Positions 15,359 to 19,695 of a stretch of 19,695 nt of DNA are shown piece by piece. The stretch is taken from IMG/VR virus record IMGVR_UViG_2700989272_000006, positions 1 to 19,695 of that record. The stretch is one strand, 5' to 3'. The stretch's first letter is position 1. Each line of letters starts with the position of its first letter. The translations under genes and the position numbers were made by a program. The notes beneath the pieces were generated by a model that searched no databases, was not told the DNA's origin, and saw only the letters and a list, made by a program, of their open reading frames with translations. Source of the DNA: a virus (lineage: Duplodnaviria; Heunggongvirae; Uroviricota; Caudoviricetes).

Positions 15359-15895
15359 ATGTCATTTATTAAAACTTTTTCCGGGAAGCATTTTTATTAT
15401 GACAAGATAAATAAAGACGACATCGTTATTAACGATATCGCGGTTTCCCTTTCAAATATCTGTCGCTTTGCAGGACATCTTTCACACTTCTACAGCGTCG
15501 CCCAACATGCGGTGCTTTGCAGCCAGCTGGTACCGCAGGAATTTGCTTTTGAAGCGTTAATGCATGATGCAACAGAAGCATATTGTCAGGACATCCCCGC
15601 ACCACTGAAACGCCTTCTTCCTGACTATAAACGGATGGAAGAAAAAATAGACGCCGTAATCCGTGAGAAATACGGGTTACCTCCTGTTATGAGCACGCCA
15701 GTGAAATATGCCGATCTCATTATGCTGGCAACCGAACGCCGCGATCTCGGGCTTGATGATGGTTCTTTCTGGCCTGTACTGGAAGGTATCCCGGCGACAG
15801 AGATGTTCAAAGTTATTCCACTGTCACCAGGCCATGCCTACGGGATGTTTATGGAACGTTTTAACGAGTTATCGGGGTTACGCAAATGCGCATGA
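15359..15895 (+). CDS. HD-domain phosphohydrolase (YfdR-like 5'-deoxynucleotidase family), 178 aa
   Basis: HD motif in LMHDATEAYCQDIP plus upstream His (FAGHLSHF...AQH); ATG at 15359 with GGAGAA SD; the ORF-track start at 15332 lacks an SD. Confidence 0.7.
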   Translation: MSFIKTFSGKHFYYDKINKDDIVINDIAVSLSNICRFAGHLSHFYSVAQHAVLCSQLVPQEFAFEALMHDATEAYCQDIPAPLKRLLPDYKRMEEKIDAVIREKYGLPPVMSTPVKYADLIMLATERRDLGLDDGSFWPVLEGIPATEMFKVIPLSPGHAYGMFMERFNELSGLRKCA

Positions 15896-16473
15896 ATGTT
15901 TTCGAAATGGAAGGGTTTCTTCGCGGGAAATGTGTACCGCGAGATCTGAAAGTGAACGAAACAAACGCTGAGTACCTGGTGCGTAAATTTGCTGAAGCTG
16001 AGGCCAAGTGCGCGGCGCTGGCTGAACGTATCGAAGAGTTACAGACAAAACCTACGCCAGATTCGTTTGGCATCATCGGTGAAAACATTCGAACACAGGA
16101 TAATCGAATAACGTCAGACCCTATGTTTTGTGTGTATCAAAAGCGCGAAATTGTTGTTGATGCTGATTATGACTATGACCGGATTGTCTGGGTTGATGAA
16201 GATAGCAATGAAGCCAATAAACTCCAAAGTCGTCGTCTCGAACTACTTCATGAAAACTTTCGGGAACCACCAGAAAAATGGCGGCGCGTTGCTGTGAAAG
16301 ATATTGATGAATTCGTTACCTGCTGTTTCACCGAACAGGGTTGTAAAGACTACCTGGCAGCCAATGGTCACAATCTTCGCTTGCCATTTATATATGTAAA
16401 AAGCGGTTTCAGGAACGCTGAATATATCGGCATAAGAAACTGGCTTGCTGGCATTCGCATCAAAGGAGAGTGA
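15886..16473 (+). CDS. Hypothetical protein (195 aa)
   Basis: ORF overlapping the stop of the HD gene by 10 nt; acidic, coiled-coil-like N-terminus; no recognised domain. Confidence 0.55.
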   Translation: MRMNVFEMEGFLRGKCVPRDLKVNETNAEYLVRKFAEAEAKCAALAERIEELQTKPTPDSFGIIGENIRTQDNRITSDPMFCVYQKREIVVDADYDYDRIVWVDEDSNEANKLQSRRLELLHENFREPPEKWRRVAVKDIDEFVTCCFTEQGCKDYLAANGHNLRLPFIYVKSGFRNAEYIGIRNWLAGIRIKGE

Positions 16474-16474
16474 G

Positions 16475-16666
16475 ATGATCGGACAAATATCAATTGTTCG
16501 ACCGGGAGCATGTGACGATCGCGAGATACGAATGATTATTCGTCTGGCAATAGGGAAAACAATAACTGCTCTCATTACTCCTGAAAATCTCGCATTAGCG
16601 TTAACAGGAAAGTCAGACCTGCCAGTAGAGCTAAAGCTGCGAAATATTGAGATTAAAGTGAAATAG
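16475..16666 (+). CDS. Small hypothetical protein (63 aa)
   Basis: ATG at 16475 with GGAGAG SD; the stop of the preceding gene overlaps the start (TGAGATG). Confidence 0.4.
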   Translation: MIGQISIVRPGACDDREIRMIIRLAIGKTITALITPENLALALTGKSDLPVELKLRNIEIKVK

Positions 16667-16668
16667 TT

Positions 16669-17556
16669 ATGAATACTCTTACCAAAGAATGGTTACAGAA
16701 CACGATTACCGGAATTGAGTCGATAATAGACGATAAATCGTTTGTATGTAGTGAAATAGCATTCGAAATAGGTGTGGTTAACAACATACTTACCGCATTT
16801 AAAATTGCACTGGCATCGCTGGAAGCAGATCCAGTTGCTTATATTTTCAAACATCCGGCCGGGAAATTATTCTGGGCTTTAACTGATGAAAGCAATAAAG
16901 AGCAAGCTGACGTTATTCCTGTTTATGCTGCCGCGCCTGCGTCGGTTGTGCCGGATAATGCATCAGAGCCTCTTGCTTATGCTTACAAAGAGCTTACGCC
17001 TGAGATTATGCGCAACCATTTAGCTGTATTCGAGCGATATGGAATAGCCCCAAACGATAGCTCTACCACAATTCAGGCACTGCGAATCGCGCTGGATGGC
17101 ATAGAGCGGAGCGGCGCCATGCTTCATGGTGCCGAACCTGTAAGCCAAACTTACAAGTTGCCTCCCCTGTCATCCAACGAAGTAAACGACGCGGCATGGA
17201 AATTACGCAACATGCTTACTGAACACGGTCCTCTTAATGGGCGTCAGTTCAACAATCTGAAAGGTTGCTTCTATGAGGCATTAAAGGTCGCAATGCGCAA
17301 CTATCCGGTAACTCCGGATAGTTGGATAAGCTGTAGTGATCGAATGCCAGAAATGGGAGAGCGACAATGCTATGCGTTAGCGGCTGACTTTAAAAACAAC
17401 TACCCGCCACACATCCCCAACACTCAGGTCGGCGTATATGGCGACTGGTTTAATGATGGCGATCCCACTTGGGTTGACGGTGATGGCGAAGACCTGTATC
17501 TCAAAGAGGTAACCCACTGGATTCCGCTACCAGAACCGCCGCAGGAGGTGAAGTGA
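16669..17556 (+). CDS. Hypothetical protein with DUF551-like C-terminus
   Basis: C-terminal ...EVTHWIPLPEPP motif typical of DUF551 phage proteins (from memory); 295 aa; the stop overlaps the next gene start. Confidence 0.6.
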   Translation: MNTLTKEWLQNTITGIESIIDDKSFVCSEIAFEIGVVNNILTAFKIALASLEADPVAYIFKHPAGKLFWALTDESNKEQADVIPVYAAAPASVVPDNASEPLAYAYKELTPEIMRNHLAVFERYGIAPNDSSTTIQALRIALDGIERSGAMLHGAEPVSQTYKLPPLSSNEVNDAAWKLRNMLTEHGPLNGRQFNNLKGCFYEALKVAMRNYPVTPDSWISCSDRMPEMGERQCYALAADFKNNYPPHIPNTQVGVYGDWFNDGDPTWVDGDGEDLYLKEVTHWIPLPEPPQEVK

Positions 17557-18128
17557 TGAACAACTTAATGATCGACCTTGAGACGATGGGGAAAAATAAG
17601 GATGCACCGATCGTTTCCATTGGCGCGGTGTTCTTCACTCCAGAAACCGGAGACATCGGACAAGAATTCTATACGGTTGTTAGCCTGGAAAGTGCTATGG
17701 GGCAAGGAGCTACACCTGACGGCGATACCATCCTGTGGTGGTTGAAACAAAGCCCTGAAGCACGAGCTGCAATCTGTATTGATGATACTTTGTCGATCAG
17801 CGATGCTCTCTCAGAACTAAATCATTTCATTAACCGGCACGCAGACAATACGAAATATTTAAAAGTCTGGGGTAACGGAGCCACCTTCGACAACGTAATT
17901 TTACGTGGAGCTTATGAGCGAGCAGGACAAATCTGTCCGTGGGCATACTGGAATGACCACGATGTACGCACGATCGTTACGCTTGGGCGTTCCATCGGAT
18001 TCGACCCCAAAATGGACATGCCTTTCGATGGCGAACGGCACAACGCCATGGCTGATGCCCGTCATCAGGCAAAATATGTTTCCGCTATCTGGCAGAAATT
18101 AATTCCTGCCACCAGCACAGAATTATGA
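17556..18128 (+). CDS. DEDDh-type 3'-5' exonuclease (DnaQ/RNase T-like fold)
   Basis: Exo motif I (IDLETMG), motif II-like (WGNGATFD), motif III (HNAMADARH); ATG at 17556 with GGAGGTG SD 5 nt upstream (the GTG at 17553 is the alternative start). Confidence 0.8.
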   Translation: MNNLMIDLETMGKNKDAPIVSIGAVFFTPETGDIGQEFYTVVSLESAMGQGATPDGDTILWWLKQSPEARAAICIDDTLSISDALSELNHFINRHADNTKYLKVWGNGATFDNVILRGAYERAGQICPWAYWNDHDVRTIVTLGRSIGFDPKMDMPFDGERHNAMADARHQAKYVSAIWQKLIPATSTEL

Positions 18129-18164
18129 TTTTCCCGGGTGCAGCCGGTTTTGATGGAGAAAATT

Positions 18165-18446
18165 ATGAACACCTTGTTTTTACTGATGGCTGAATTCAAT
18201 ACCCCTAACATTGAACTCTCAGCAGTTAGCCAAAAGTACTTTGGCATGAGTCCAGCCACGGCAGAAGCAAAAGCAAACGCTTGTAAGTTGCCCGTTCCAA
18301 CATATCGCATCGGCACATCACAAAAAGCAAAACGTTGCATCAATATTCAGGATCTTGCGGAATACATAGACAAAAGACGAGAAGAAGGACGTATCGAGTG
18401 GGAACAGGTCAGAACAAGCAAACAGAAGGGCAAAGAACATCACTAA
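18165..18446 (+). CDS. Small DNA-binding protein, PrtN/excisionase-like (tentative)
   Basis: MNTLFLLMAEFNTPNIELSAVSQKYFGMSPATAEAKANACKLPVPTYRIGTSQKAKRCINIQDLAEYIDKRREEG resembles the PrtN-family pattern as I recall it; last gene of the early-left operon before the terminator. Start 18165 or 18153. Confidence 0.5.
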   Translation: MNTLFLLMAEFNTPNIELSAVSQKYFGMSPATAEAKANACKLPVPTYRIGTSQKAKRCINIQDLAEYIDKRREEGRIEWEQVRTSKQKGKEHH

Positions 18447-18448
18447 AT

Positions 18449-18476
18449 AAAAAACCCGCCTAAAGGCGGGTTTTCA
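18449..18476. terminator. Bidirectional intrinsic terminator (AAAAAA cccgcc-taaa-ggcggg TTTT)
   Basis: 6-bp GC stem, 4-nt loop, flanked by an A-run and a T-run; sits between the convergent plus-strand early-left operon and the minus-strand accessory module. Confidence 0.75.
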
Positions 18477-18493
18477 AAAAGCACCAGCTATGA

Positions 18494-18667
18494 TCATGCT
18501 GCTTTGCGACGACGAAGCTTACCCTGCTGCTCTTTACCAGAGACAGTAGCGTGAGTGAACGCATTAGGAGCAGCCTTCATCAGAACTTCAACAGCAGCAC
18601 CCATACCTGCGAATGCTTTCATTGTGTCGAACTTAACCTGTGGCTTGGTTGCTTTTTGATCTTCCAT
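18494..18667 (-). CDS. Small hypothetical protein (57 aa), below the ORF-track cutoff
   Basis: Reverse complement gives ATG GAA GAT CAA ... (MEDQKATKPQVKFDTMKAFAGMGAAVEVLMKAAPNAFTHATVSGKEQQGKLRRRKAA) with an AGGAG SD 7 nt upstream and the bidirectional terminator just downstream. Confidence 0.4.
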   Translation of the reverse strand: MEDQKATKPQVKFDTMKAFAGMGAAVEVLMKAAPNAFTHATVSGKEQQGKLRRRKAA

Positions 18668-18706
18668 AGAAAACTCCTGAAGTTATACCGAAACAATTCC
18701 TGTTGT

Positions 18707-19126
18707 TTACTCATCATCAATAGATGATACGCAATATTTATTTTTAAATTTAAGGTTCTTTGGCGTAACTTCATCAGAGATATCAAAACCGTCCAGAATT
18801 CTATTGAATGTAGCTTCTGGCATATCATCATGAACAGAAATCTCACCCGATCGCTGCTTTCTAACCATGTTATCCACTCGCCAAATTATAGCTTCAGCGT
18901 AAACAACATAACTTGGATGCTTGATAAAGCGATGATCACCAGAATTCAAGACGCAAGACGGATCGTGGGGGACACCATCCTTGATACTAGAAATATTAAC
19001 AACTAAAACACAATAACAATCGTTAACGGGGTAATAAACAGGATCATTACAAATCACATGAAGATGATTGCATGGCCCAGTTGGGGCAAGCACAGTTCCT
19101 TTCCTGTATGGCTGATAATCCGTCAT
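18707..19126 (-). CDS. Hypothetical protein (139 aa), translationally coupled partner of the Panacea-domain gene (candidate toxin/effector)
   Basis: ATG at 19126 overlaps the TGA stop of the upstream gene (ATGA); AT-rich; Cys/His-rich N-terminal half (GPCNHLHVICNDPVYYPVNDCYC); no recognised domain. Confidence 0.6.
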   Translation of the reverse strand: MTDYQPYRKGTVLAPTGPCNHLHVICNDPVYYPVNDCYCVLVVNISSIKDGVPHDPSCVLNSGDHRFIKHPSYVVYAEAIIWRVDNMVRKQRSGEISVHDDMPEATFNRILDGFDISDEVTPKNLKFKNKYCVSSIDDE

Positions 19127-19695
19127 GATAATTGCAAAGAAAATTCCTTAAGTTTCTGAGATTCTTCCATTTTGCCAATTATGCGATTAGCCTCATCCTC
19201 GCTTTTACCCTCACTGATCAGCATTTCTTTCAGGTCTATAGGCTTACGAGAATTGCCAGGATCGTGCCACTCTGGACAAACGCTTTCTAGATGCGTCATA
19301 TTTGCGAGATCAAATCGGTTCATATGCCCATACCGAGAATAGATTTCATCTAAAATCCGGATATCTGCACGACTCAATTCATCAAAGACCTCGTCTGCAT
19401 CCATTTCCCTCGGATCTGAACGCAACGATACATTATGCCCGTTCGTCTCTATCAAGTTGTACCAGTAGTCACCAATGCCTTCAGCCTTACCGCGAATCAA
19501 GTTCAGCGTATTCGACATGACTGGTCCAAATTTCATAGAGTAAAGGCTATCTTCGCCGATCATCCTGCCATGCTTCAAAATCGACTGGCGGTTAGACAGA
19601 TAGAGCAACTTCATCAATTTCAGATATGCCATGCGCCCACCTCGCTTAAGAAGTAGGTATGCAGCCATTTGAGCTACTTTTTCTTCGCAAAACAT
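19123..19695 (-). CDS. Panacea-domain (DUF4065 / COG3600 GepA-like) protein, candidate antitoxin; start coincides with the window edge
   Basis: N-terminal pattern VAQMAAYLL...YLKLMKLLYLSNRQSILKHGRMIGEDSLYSMKFGPVMSNTL and C-terminal ...MTHLESVCPEWHD match the DUF4065/SocA-like signature (L.KLQKLLYY...GPV ... TH...W) as I recall it. The ATG is at 19693-19695, so the true 5' end cannot be confirmed. Confidence 0.6.
   Translation of the reverse strand: MFCEEKVAQMAAYLLLKRGGRMAYLKLMKLLYLSNRQSILKHGRMIGEDSLYSMKFGPVMSNTLNLIRGKAEGIGDYWYNLIETNGHNVSLRSDPREMDADEVFDELSRADIRILDEIYSRYGHMNRFDLANMTHLESVCPEWHDPGNSRKPIDLKEMLISEGKSEDEANRIIGKMEESQKLKEFSLQLS

Larger units (their letters stand above)
1..19695 (-). 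mobile_element. Lambdoid prophage segment (immunity, replication, nin-like region, Q, lysis cassette, cos, start of packaging genes); late genes on minus strand
   Basis: Canonical lambdoid gene order and content across the window (cI/cro with operators, O-like initiator with iterons, RusA, Q, holin-endolysin-Rz/Rz1, cos, Nu1). Neither prophage end (int/att) is inside the window. Confidence 0.9.

Noticed and set aside
1-19695. Classical lambdoid cargo virulence genes (stx, bor, lom) and integrase/attachment site
   Set aside because: No ORF in the window has the corresponding signatures (AB5 toxin subunits, Bor lipoprotein, Lom beta-barrel, tyrosine recombinase R..HxxR..Y); the integration module must lie outside the window.

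Overview
This 19.7 kb window is a contiguous segment of a lambdoid (lambda / phage 21 / Qin-DLP12-like) enterobacterial prophage, with the late genes on the minus strand. No tRNA, rRNA, CRISPR array, integrase or known toxin gene was found. All family assignments rest on reading the supplied translations against remembered motifs; no database search was run. Reading from high to low coordinates: (1) an AT-rich accessory module encoding a Panacea/DUF4065-like protein translationally coupled to an unknown 139-aa partner, plus a 57-aa ORF, ending at a bidirectional terminator; (2) a plus-strand early-left operon driven by a pL-like promoter with two operator palindromes, containing DUF-type proteins, an HD-domain hydrolase, a DEDDh 3'-5' exonuclease and a PrtN-like protein, but no recognisable N gene and no Red-type recombinase; (3) the immunity region, with an S24-peptidase cI-like repressor (plus), a divergent OR with two 19-bp palindromic operators, and a cro-like gene (minus); (4) a tightly coupled minus-strand operon: cII/YdaT-like, Rha-domain protein, an O-like initiator containing six 23-bp-spaced iterons, a wHTH-PerC-like protein, Dam-type MTase, LexA-DBD-only protein, RusA, KilA-N protein, DUF968 protein and a short Q antiterminator; (5) a moron slot between Q and the lysis genes holding an unknown AT-rich 205-aa gene with its own terminator, a small wHTH ORF and a beta-class DNA methyltransferase; (6) a phage-21-type lysis cassette (dual-start pinholin, DUF1327 protein, SAR endolysin, Rz with embedded Rz1) with a reverse-oriented 90-aa ORF inside it; (7) the cos site with cosB repeats and the N-terminus of terminase small subunit Nu1 running off the window start. 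The best candidates for undescribed biology are the Panacea-linked gene pair, the Q-proximal 205-aa gene with its neighbouring MTase, the reverse-oriented ORF in the lysis cassette, and the roughly 600-bp ORF-free leader downstream of pL.
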